From Ruditapes philippinarum (taxonomy: Eukaryota), in NCBI RefSeq assembly GCF_026571515.1, contig NW_026859735.1, positions 62,001-126,000 of the forward strand: a stretch of 64,000 nt of DNA. The letters are read 5' to 3'. Position 1 is the stretch's first letter. The number at the start of each line of letters is the position of its first letter. The position numbers and the translations under genes are program-made. Below the pieces are notes generated by a model. The model worked only from the letters and a program-made list of their open reading frames with translations, was not told the origin of the DNA and did no database searches. Of the stretch, positions 24,401 through 35,410 are shown piece after piece.

Positions 24401-25964
24401 TTGAACATCCATTAAGAAAACTTGCCCAAAACTATACATTTGTTTAACTAAATTCTGGCAAAGTCTATCACTTTAAGTAAGGTTTAAAATTTCACAGTAT
24501 GACAAATAACAATTAGCTACTTTAAACATGAACATGTGACCATCTCTGTAACAAGAACAAACTATGTCATTAGATGACAACAACACGGTTCACACAGCAG
24601 CTCTCCCATTCAGTATGTTTCATTCCTGAAAGACTATTTTCATGTGGTTGCACTAAATAGCATTGTAAGAACACAAAATTTCATTTGATACATGACAATC
24701 ATCTACTTTTGTCTTGCACAAGCTTCTATGAATATTGACTCGTGATTTCAATTTGAATTTGGGTGACAAGCATTCCTCACTTTTGAGATTAAGTCATGTG
24801 ATATACTAAGACACGTATTACATTCTTGCAAAAGGTTTATGCAATGTTAACACCACCTTAATTTAATTAAACAAGCTATCTTTATCAAACCTTGCATCTC
24901 AGAAAAATCACATACAAGTAACGGGGCACTCAGAATTAGGGCCCCGAATTCAACTTCCTTAAGAATGCCACACCTGGTCAAGCTTTTAAGTTCAAAGAAA
25001 GGTACAGAGTCAAATAGTAATTACCATGTATATGATGGCTATATGAAGTTTACTGTGCAAGACAAAAATCGACTACCTCTTAACAAAGAAAAACAAAAAG
25101 ACTATAACACACTCTGCTTAATAAGGAACAAAAGCTTTGAAACAGTCAGTACTTAGTACATGACAAATTCATTCCCACAAATACTATGAATTCAACAAAA
25201 CAGCTAAAACAAAACCCACAAACAGATGTGCCTATTCTATCTAATAAGGGTACAACAACAACAAATTCTAAAATGTAATAAATTGTAAGTATTAACTACC
25301 CATGCTGAATTGAATTCATAGTATTTGTTCTCTATTTACACGCATTTCCAGGGCTCACAATACTGCAATATTAAGCCCATTCCAGTCATATAACTTTCCT
25401 AATTCATTTTGGCTCTTATTAAAATACTTGCCAGTAATAAACAGAATGTGACCCCTGGAATTTTAAGTACCTGAACTGAAACTGTATTATCATGAATAAT
25501 TAACCTTTTCAACGCTATATATCTTAAATGGAATTTTGCATCTTTCAAATCTGGACCAAACCATTTATCATTTTCATAGAAAAGTTCAAAATATTCACTG
25601 ACTGGATAGCAAACAATGCAGACCATGATCAGATGTTGTGGATGTTCAGGCTGACCTTGGTCTGCACTGGTTGCATGGCTCTGACAGCAACCTTAAGGTT
25701 GAAAGTGACAAGTTAAATAGGTAAATCAGTAAATTCAAGACTAGAAAACTGATTTAAAAAGATTTTTCTTACAAATTACAGGTTTCAAGCATTTAAAACA
25801 CACACTTTGTCTACATCTGAAATATCTATGACCGAGCAATACCCATTTGACCAACTTGGAAGACTAGCATCTAACATTATACATAGAGGTAAAATCAAAA
25901 GAGTATGATTTTTTTTTCTAGTTTCAGTTCAGTTACCTCTTTCACCCATGCATGAACACCTTTA

Positions 25965-28900
25965 TTAGCTCCACCCCTGCTGCTGTCTGTTGGAAGCACT
26001 CCAACCAGCGTAACTCCCAGGCTGAGGCTCAGTCGCATGATGTCCACCCCATCCCCAGGCTGTACTGGTCTGTGGTGCAGCGTAAACATGACCTGCAGTT
26101 TGAGGAACCCCTGCATCACCCGAGGCTACAGGCTGATGATGTTGCGGAGGCGGGCCAGGGGGAGGAGTCATATGTGCCCAGTTACCACCCTGACCCTGCA
26201 GCATGGCTTGTGCAGCTGCCATCATCGCAGAATTGAATAGGTTAATACCAACAGCATTCATATCCTGTGGTGGCATGTTTGGAGGGAAGCCCATTGGTTT
26301 TGCAATCTGGTTATTTTTGTGTGGCTGCCAAGTCCCCTGATGATTCACCAACTGTGTATAGTTACCTCCCCTTTGTTGAACAGGGCCATTTTGAACTCCT
26401 GGCTGAACCTTCTTGTCTCCAAATCGGTCTGTTCCTTTTGGTGCCGCATAACTCACATGGACACTTACACCTTTTACTATATGATCTTCCCCACAAAGAC
26501 TGTGAGCAACTTCAGGGTCCGAAAATGTGACAAACGCAAATGATCGGAATGGTTTCGGGATGAAAACGTCTACCACCTCGCCATACTGACAGAAATAATT
26601 CCTGAGATCGTCTGATGTGATATCTTCTGTACATCTAGCAATGAACACTTTACGGTTGATCATTTGGTGTGCACCTTCCTAAAATGACATTTCAAAATCA
26701 TGTTCTTGTAATTACCCAACCAAATATTGAATTTTCTATGATTCTCATATCTTATAAGGTGGTCAATCTAATAAATATTGCCTTCATATATATATATATA
26801 TATATCAGCTGACATTAGTCGTCATTACAATATATACTGTATGAGGCGGACCGGGAACAATGCAGTGGTTGGACTATGCACTGGTAAATTAAATAATTAA
26901 ATGTGACTTACTGTCATGATAAGGAATTTCACCTCTGTTTTATGATATAACATCAGTGCACCAAATATTATTAAAAGCCATTACTTCGTTCAAAGTTATT
27001 ATCTGGAAACTAGATTGAAAGACAAACCGACAAGTTTGCTGGCTAAATGACACCCCCCCCCCCCCAACAACTTTGTGGGGGGTATAATATTAAAAATATT
27101 ATAAAAACATTTTTCTATTTACAATGCCATCTGTTAACTTATATAACTGAAATGCCCCAAGCACATTCTTCATCAGAACCATGACTTAACAGCAGCTAGT
27201 TGATAAATTTAACTGACTGAACAACAGAAAGATGTTCCTATAGATAGCCTCTGCTATGGACCATGCATTTTAAACTGAACTGAAATTGAAAATTATTGGG
27301 TAAATTCCATTTTCAATTGTTGGAATATGATTTCAGAATTTCCCCTATTTCTGATTTATCTTGCAATTATTTTCCCTTCAGCAAGCAACAGGTTGTTTTG
27401 AAAACTGAAAAAGATCACTGCCTAGGAAACAATATCAGCCATAAAAGCCATTAAGATGCAACTCTCAAGAGATGCTTGTCTATGCCTACTTTCAGGAAAA
27501 AGACATTAAAAACTCAGATTGTAAGCTGGTGTACACAAAAAGTTCTAATTCCATGTTACTGTATTTTAGAATTGCAATACAATTTCATTAAATTCAAGTA
27601 CAGACAGTACAGTAACATAAGATTCTCCATGGTTTTGCTAAGGACTTGGATAATAGTTCAAGGCTCGACTTCTGTTTGTAATTCCAAGACGTGAGTGACC
27701 AAAAAATTTCAAACACATAATTATATAATTTATAAAAATGGATATTACCAAAAATCTTTTTGACACAAACTTACATTTGAGTTTGGAATGGTAACATCGC
27801 ACCATCTACCATCAATGTTGTGTCGCTGGGACATACATTTCATTTGATCTTCATACTTATGGAAACGTATAAACCCGTAGCCTTTCGATTGGCTTGTTTT
27901 TTGATCTCGTTTCACCTGAAATTGACAAATTACAAAAGAAAAATTAATATCAACTCTACATACTGTGTGCTAAAAGTAAACACCTAGTTTTCATAAGATA
28001 TGAGGTAGTAGTATTTTGTCAGTAGGAACTGTACAGTAATAAGTCTCGGTAAGTGACCAACTCCTATAACACTGAAGATATGTGTCAAGTTTCAACGATA
28101 GATTTTGAAATTTTACAGGTACAAAAGTGTAATAATATACCGTATTGTTTCTATTTATAGTCCCCCTTCTAATTAGCGCCCCCTGGGTGAAAAATGAAAA
28201 AAAAATTCTTACCTGACTTGAAAATTTTAATATCCGAAGTGTATTTAAAAAAAATAAACAGAAAAAAACTAACTGTTGTAACTTCCAAGTAACATTCAAC
28301 TTCCAGTTTGAATGCATTCATGTACGTTTTCTTAGAAGTGCAACCTTCTATTGTGTATTGATTAAATCACTGAATCAAGTTTTTTTACACACAGGTAAAC
28401 TGATGGGTGTTAGTACTAATTTAGGAAAAATCAATACTTAACAAAGTTTATCTTGGTCAGCAGACTACCGTATTGTCTACAATAATTTTGTGCTGCTTAT
28501 TTATCGTACGTGAACAAGGGGTTTATAGGACGAAAATAGTTGGGAGATTTTTTAGATATTTTTAAACATAAAATTAATTTTCATTTTATGCAAATGTGCT
28601 TCTAATTAACGCCCCCCGTTTCCGTTTTTGCAACGCCCCGGGGGCGATAAATGGAAACAATACGGTAATTCCATAGAAATCCATAGAAAGTTGCATTAAA
28701 AACCTAACAGTTGCAGAAACAATTTCAGTAAAGTAAGAAACCTTATTCAGGCTGAATAGTCAAACTAAGAACTAGTAACTTTCCACTTTTATTAGCCTTA
28801 AAGCTTAAGGTGCTTCTTTGTGCACTATTTCAGACAAACTGACAACATCTTAATACACCCAAAAACTTTCCTTTAGATAAACCGATAAACCTGATTTAGT

Positions 28901-31900
28901 GTTCCACTCAACAGCTGTGAAACATAGGGAATTTTCAATTAGAAATCTTGACCAATGGGACTGCACCCCACTTTTCCTTTAACATTTTCAAATGGTCATT
29001 TTATATTGAACATTTCGTACCTGTACAAGCAGGAGTTCACCAAACTTTGAGAAGTAATTTCTTAGGTCTTCCTCAGAACTCTTCCAAGGTAGCCCTAACA
29101 CGATGAGGTCACTACATTTCTTTTCACTGAGACTAGTCTTTAAGCTTATATCTTCGCCTACAGCTCCTTTCTTCTTGTCTGTAAATAAATCCGTGATAAA
29201 ATAAAACATTAACAAAATATGTGACTATTTACCAAACTTGTATACATATGTTCATCAGTTCAATTTCTTTGCCCCATGTGCAAAGGCATGTTTTTTGATA
29301 GAACTATCATGGATGTGAATTGTAATAGAGAAAACAGCCTGTGTGACACACAACAAACCGAAAAACCAGAGAACACTATCAAAACACCAGATTATCTTTA
29401 TCAGTGTTTTTTTTCACTTTTGGGGGAAGGGGGTCGGTGCCCTTTGGAAGGGAAATTTTAGTTGTTTACTTATTTTACGTTTTTTTTTTGCGATGGAAAA
29501 GGGGAGCAACTCTTGCAACACAAGTTTAAAATATGTCTCTTTTTCTTAATATACGGATCTAAAATATCGATGCGTCACATGTTAAACTTGTTGGGACGCC
29601 GGGAGTAGCTCCCCTTACCTACCAGAAAACGATTTGTAAACAACCTTGCTTAACAGTAACTCTTACAGGCATGAAATAAAACATTTTTCGGCAGTTAGTT
29701 GCAAAAAAATATTTATTGCAGGCAGATTAGGGCTGCCATATAGGGGGAAATAACAGTATTTCTATTATTTGTGTAACCAGATAAAACATGTTTCATTTTT
29801 TCTTGCATACTGTAATGCTATTTTTATTAGAAATTGTTTATCCAGCAAAAACCATACATTTGAATCAAGCAAGGAAAAATATCCGATTCAGTTATTGCTG
29901 GTTATAAATAAAATTCTTTACAAAATTAAGGGAAACCTTTACCTTTAATTCTTACCTTCAGCCTGACCAAATTGTAACTTTAAAAGCTTTTGACATATTT
30001 AGTGTTAGTCAGAACTTAATTATAGACAAATTATGGTAAGTTCAAACATAAACATGTTTGTTTACACCATCGAAGTACATGGTATTCAATCTATAATATT
30101 ACATCCAGGCTGTATGATTAATTAAGCAAACTATATCAATAAAATTTAACAGACTTTTGCCATTTTACTCATTGCAAAAAACAGTCTAAATTCTAATGAA
30201 AATATTATATATATATAACAGTTTTCAATGCAGTGATTTGATTACTATTTTAACCACAAAATCAAAGGGCAAATACACATGTGCGTATGCGCAAAACATT
30301 TCACATGGAGTTTAGCATCTGCTGTCACCTTAGTCCTAATTATAAGACCTATACGTAACCTATTTCATATTTATCAGTTATTAATCTGATATTTTACATT
30401 TTTCATGTTACGTTAGGTCTTAACAGATCACTGCAAAAACATGTAGCAAACAATTTGACATTAGACATCGATTTAGATCTAATGCATTTAAACAATTAAG
30501 ACAGCGTGTATTTACATTAATTTTGACCTATTTATAAACAACGCTAAAAAATAAATACCTTTTAACAAAATAATTAAACTGTCACATCCTCTCATTTATA
30601 ATTAAATTCCTTGTACAGCCGATAAACAAATGGCCGCCATACAGTGCTCGAAATCTTATTGGCTAATTCAAATGCAAGCGTTTAAATGAGTCAGAAGTTT
30701 TTAACAGAATATTTTTTTAACGAAATAATTGCTCATGCACCGTCAGGGTGTTCGAATATATTTTTTCGTTCAAAAATGTGGAATCAATCTGTAAAGCACT
30801 TTACTTAACCAGTATGGCCGATTGGCAAAACTAAATTGATGTTTTTATTTTATTTTTAATTGATAAGTTATTAAGTACATTGTTTCAGAGTTTTTGTTAA
30901 TGATTGAGCATGAAATTGAAAGAAAAGAAGATAAGCTTTTGAATAAAGCTTGAAAGGCAAGATAAAAGACATCTTTTGTTTTTTTTAAAAATGCTATGCA
31001 TTTATGAGCAATAACTATTAGACATCAGACTTGACCTACATAAAACTATAACAAGCCTGTAACGTGTAATATATTGGACTACTGTCACCTTAGCTGGCAA
31101 TTTAAGTCAAAGTCCATTCTACATGTATAAAGTAAAACCGGGGAGAAGTGCCTGCACTGCCACTATGGCGATGTTTGTTTGTTTTGGGTTTTACATCACA
31201 TCGACACAGTATAGGTCATATCGCGACGTTCCAGCTTTACTGGTGGAGGAAGACCTCAGGGTGCCCTTCCGTGCATTATTTCAGGCATGAACGGGCACCT
31301 GAGTAGAACCACCGACGTTCCGTAAGCTAGCTTGATAGCTTCCTCACATGAAAGAATCCAAAGTCCCTGTCGGGATTCGAACCCACAGCGGTGAGGGGCA
31401 AGTGGTTTGCTATGGCGATGTGTGTGTTAAAATAAGTGCAGGCTTCGACAGGTCCAAACGCCCGCTTGCATTTGCAAGTGAATATTATAGTCAGGCGAGA
31501 ACAATTGTAAGATTCCTGATCCAAATTAAATCTTTTACTTTATTTTTGTATTAAATAAATTGGCTAGACTTTAGAAATCTCTCCGCAGCTATTTTTCACA
31601 TTATAATTTTACCCAGTATTATTTCTTCAATATATATGTTCAGTGATTTTTTTTCCAATTTTCAAAACAACCTGTGGCTTTCTGAAGGGGAAAATATAGC
31701 GCGATAAATCAGAAAAGGGGGAAATCAAATTCCAACAACTGAGAGTGGAATAGTTACCCACACATTATATAAAATTTTTAATTTCAATTCAATTTATCAT
31801 GCATGGTACATAGCAGAGGCTTTAGGGATTCTAGCTGATATAATAAGTCAGATGCTGTTAAGTAATGGTTCTGGTGAAGTGCACAGGGCATAACAGGGGA

Positions 31901-32441
31901 AAATATTAGCTTTTTTAGGGGAAAATATACCTATATTTAGCTAGGGGAAACAGCCTTTATTCGGCTGTAAAATACAGGGAAAAAAATCACTGATGTTTCT
32001 CTACAAAATCACTCAATTACTTCTAGGGATATGGTTAGAGTAAGTGTTTAAGGGTAAGGGTTAGGTTTAGAAGCTAAGGGTTTGAAAAATGAAACATGGA
32101 CTTTTACTGCGAAGTGCTCCAATAAATTTAATGTTCTAATTATACAATGTGCATTATCATTTATCAACCTCTATTAATTAGTTGCAAAGTCATTGATGTA
32201 TACCTTTTGGAAAAACAACGAGGTATGTATGATTTTTCCAGCCGTTGTCTGGTGGGTGGAGCTTGTTATCACTTAGGCGTATCCCTCGGAAATTTCCAGT
32301 TTGTGGGTTTCTGTACTTCAATCCACAGGCGTTGGGAAACTGTCCGGATATTGTGCTAAGTAGAAGAGTACCATCCTCTTCACTTGGGATTTCAACAGCC
32401 TCTTCATTTTCGTCGTCTGTTACCTGAATATATTGAGGCAT
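25965..32441 (-). CDS. TARDBP: TAR DNA-binding protein 43 (TDP-43) orthologue, 416 aa; exons 32441-32204, 29178-29021, 27915-27775, 26678-25965
   Basis: N-terminal domain [46 protein letters not shown]; RRM1 ([30 protein letters not shown]); RRM2 ([36 protein letters not shown]); Q/G/P-rich tail with [12 protein letters not shown]. Exon lengths 238+158+141+714 = 1251 nt, all GT-AG and in frame. Confidence 0.97.
27140..27420 (-). mobile_element. Partial inverted copy of the 31641-31993 MITE in TARDBP intron 3
   Basis: Reverse complement reads cagtgatctttttcagttttcaaaacaacctgttgcttgctgaagggaaaat...gataaatcagaaataggggaaa, matching 31641 onward. Confidence 0.7.
28140..28665. mobile_element. Tc1/pogo-type MITE with TA target duplication in TARDBP intron 2
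   Basis: ta|ccgtattgtttctatttat ... ataaatggaaacaatacgg|ta. Subterminal ttctaatta(g/a)cgcccc motifs at both ends. Confidence 0.85.
31175..31409 (-). mobile_element. 5'-truncated tRNA-derived SINE (MESC/Meta-like core) with 12-bp TSD
   Basis: B-box ggttcgaatcc, core tcatgtgaggaagctatcaagctagcttacggaacgtcggtggttctactcaggtgcc, (aaac)n tail. TSD ctatggcgatgt at 31163-31174 and 31410-31421. Confidence 0.88.
31641..31993. mobile_element. MITE with cagtgattttttt TIRs and apparent 5-bp TSD atgtt in TARDBP intron 1
   Basis: atgtt|cagtgatttttttt ... aaaaaaaatcactg|atgtt. Confidence 0.75.
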
Positions 32442-32494
32442 TTTAGTAAAATGGCATTAAAATCTCGAAAAATATCTTGCAGGGTTTTCCCAAG

Positions 32495-32525
32495 AAATTA
32501 CTTCCGAAACAAAATGGCGACACGA
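32495..32525 (-). promoter_or_regulatory. Putative TARDBP core promoter / 5' UTR motifs (ETS and YY1)
   Basis: acttccg (ETS) at ~32500 and aaaatggcg (YY1) at 32511-32519, 60-80 bp upstream of the ATG in a locally CpG-richer patch. Confidence 0.5.
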
Positions 32526-34423
32526 CACTCTTTTAGAACGGTTCGAATACATTTACGTCGCAATGTCCGTTTCCGATTTATATTTCGTTCACCAGTCTAT
32601 CGTAATTATCGGTGTATATGTAAATTCAATTTACAGTGATAAAGCATTACCGGCAACTCGTAAAATATTTCTTTCTGTTAATTGAAAGTTTAATGTAAGA
32701 TATACTCGCTGTAATTAACAATGCAATTGCTTTTCTGGTGATTACAATCATTATTCTGTATTATATCGTAGCAAGAATGGTAAAAACCACTTCATTTTTA
32801 TACAATATACAAAATTTAGTGGTCCACTGCCTTGCACACTTGTGAACGTTTTACGTGTCGGTTTTATTGCATTTTTTTTGCAAAATGGGCTTTAAATCAT
32901 GACCGCGTATAGAGGACATCACCGTGCACTAAAAGACAGTGAACAAGCGGTGCCATGTTGCATTCAAAAATTCATATTTTAATAAAATATGTGTCCGGAC
33001 CACGGCTTCAATAGGACCTTATCAGAATTTATTATTACAGAATGTAATATAACGTTCCATGACCTTATGCAGTAGACAATCTTTAATTTTTCTGAGCTTT
33101 GAAGATATTTCAACCTTTCATACAGTGATATACCTTTGTTGACACAGAAGAGCAATGTTAAGGTTTTCTTAAGTTGATAAGGTCTTTGGTGAACTACCAT
33201 TGTTAATAATTTTAGTTTCTCAGTTTGATAGATATTATACACAAGGACAGTATCAAGTAGTAGTCCTGATTACTTGCAAAATGGACTGTAAGTAATGCAA
33301 TATAAAAATATATCCACGTGACAAACATTATCAGACTATTAATAGGTTTGGCATGCAGCGATACTTTTTTCGTTGTGATTAATTCTGCAAATAGCAGACC
33401 ACTTGGAAACACTTATAACATTTAATATACATAACAGACAGATATTTTTACATTCATAACTTTTATTTGATTCGACGGTTAACAATTATAATTTATCTAA
33501 ATCGGTTATGATCATTAGCTGCGAAAAGCATAAATACGAGGTTTTTTTTAAAAAAAAATGTATTTTAGTTTCGGAAAAAAGTCGGAAAGAACACACGAAT
33601 TTCAATACAATTGAGGTTATTTGTAATCTGCAAAATCATGAAGGCGATTTTTGATTTTCGCCAAGAAATCTAAAAGTGAGAGCTATATTTTATTCAGTTG
33701 ACCTTTTACCGAAGATTTTATATATTGTCAAAAAAAAAAATCACTATGCACATCGTATTAAAATACGTCAAGGTACCAGTTTTTCTACCTTCAAATATGC
33801 CCCTTTTTAAAAATTACGAATGAAAGGGTCCGTATTGAAAGAATGTTTTGTAAAAATATTGAGTACAATGCATATTCATGCAGTACAGCGTATGTTTTGT
33901 ACGAATTAACGTCCGAGTAAAATATCATATGTTGTCTTTTCCCCTTTCTTTTGCACGATAAACATGAATAATGTAAAACATGTCACCAGGATTTACTTGG
34001 TCACATAAAAAAGCAGCTTGTGCAAATTTACTTATAAACCGTCTTTAATGACTTGGTAGTAATTTTTTCACTTAAATTTCATAATACTCATGCTACACTA
34101 CAAACAGTTCTGTAAGTCAAACGTTGAAATCTCGTCAACATTTTATTTATTGGATGGCAAAGGCAGATTTTGGGTTGATCATTAGTTGATCTAATCGGCT
34201 ATATCATGAACCCAAAAGAACAAACGACCAACTAATTTTAAATAATTCGGATTTGGTTATAATTGTCTAGTTGTATTTTTAAATCGATTCTGAATGACAA
34301 ACATATGTTTTAATCACAAAATTATAATTGAAATAGAAAACTTTCAACAAAATAATACGTTCTGATTATAAAAAGATTACACCCTGTAAATCAAAAGTCG
34401 CATGATGGTATTTTTTTCAGTCT

Positions 34424-35410
34424 GTTTTATTTCCAAGATGATTATGAACAATCGGCGAGGTGTTCTAAACGCGATATGCCGTGACAGCGCTTGAAGTAAA
34501 AAAATGTCGTTTATTTTGTCACCGGTCAACAGAAGGTCCTACAAAACGGCCGAAAATATTTTCCCGTAAACATAAAAGACACGAAAATTTGAATTAATTG
34601 AATATTGTTAATTTTTCATCTGTGGAACTGTATTTTCTGTGATAATATCGCTACATGGAAGACTCAGATCAGTTTTATTTCCGAGATGATAGCGAATCAT
34701 TGGCGCGAAATGTCGTGACAGCACATGTTGTATAAAAATGTCGTCCGGTAAAAGTTATCGCACAGAAGGAACGAAAATATTTTCCTTTAAAAAATTAAAT
34801 TTATGTTTTGATGAATTTTTCATGAAATGTTTTTTATACAGCTAAATTAAACTTTTTTAAAAACATTTGTTTTTGCCCATTATCGACAATTTAAAAGGGG
34901 CTGTAAATTTTTTGTCCTTTCACAGTGATTTTTTCTAATCTTTTTTTTTTCCCCAAAGGAGATTATTTTGACCCACCCGGCGAGGTGCCCCAAACGAAAT
35001 TTATGCCTTTTGACAGCCCCCAAAGTAAAAAAAACGCCCGGTTAGTGTTTCGAAAAAAAAAGACAAAAAACATTTTTTTTGGACAAAAAAAAGGTGAATA
35101 TATATATTTTTTAAAATTTTTGGTTTTACGAAATTTTTTTAAAGGGGGTTCAAACATTTTTAATATTTTTGAAACATTACGATTATCGACAAATGAAAGG
35201 CAGTATAATTTTGTCCTTTCTCAGTAGATTTTTTTCAATAAATTTTATTTCCGAGATGATTATGAACCATCGACAAGGAGTTCCAAACGCGTTATGCAGT
35301 GACAGCACATGAAGTATAAAAATGTCGTTTTTTTTTCACCGGTAAACGTGATCGCACAAAACGGACGAAAATATTTTCCCTTGAACCTTAATAACACGAA
35401 AATAAGAATA
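34424..35410. repeat. Diverged ~250-300-bp tandem repeat (about 4 units)
   Basis: ttttatttcc(a/g)agatgat...gtgacagc...aaaaatgtcgt...cgaaaatattttcc recurs at ~34424, ~34673 and ~35242, with a garbled unit at ~34945. Confidence 0.7.

Noticed and set aside
25952-26543. + strand ORFs opposite TARDBP exon 4
   Set aside because: Antisense shadows of GC-richer coding sequence with no independent support.
29610-29960. Strong minus-strand donors (tag|gtaagg, gaag|gtaaga) in TARDBP intron 1
   Set aside because: No convincing paired acceptor or frame, and the protein is complete without them.
32030-32083. Telomeric TTAGGG-like tract (also taaccc x3 at ~14034-14050)
   Set aside because: Very short and degenerate; likely repeat-element debris.
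32979-33412. ORFs upstream of TARDBP, with a faint LRR-like phrase on the + strand
   Set aside because: Multiple stops, no splice support and no recognisable family.
34925-35227. 100-aa F/K-rich ORF
   Set aside because: Translation of homopolymer-rich, probably erroneous repeat sequence.
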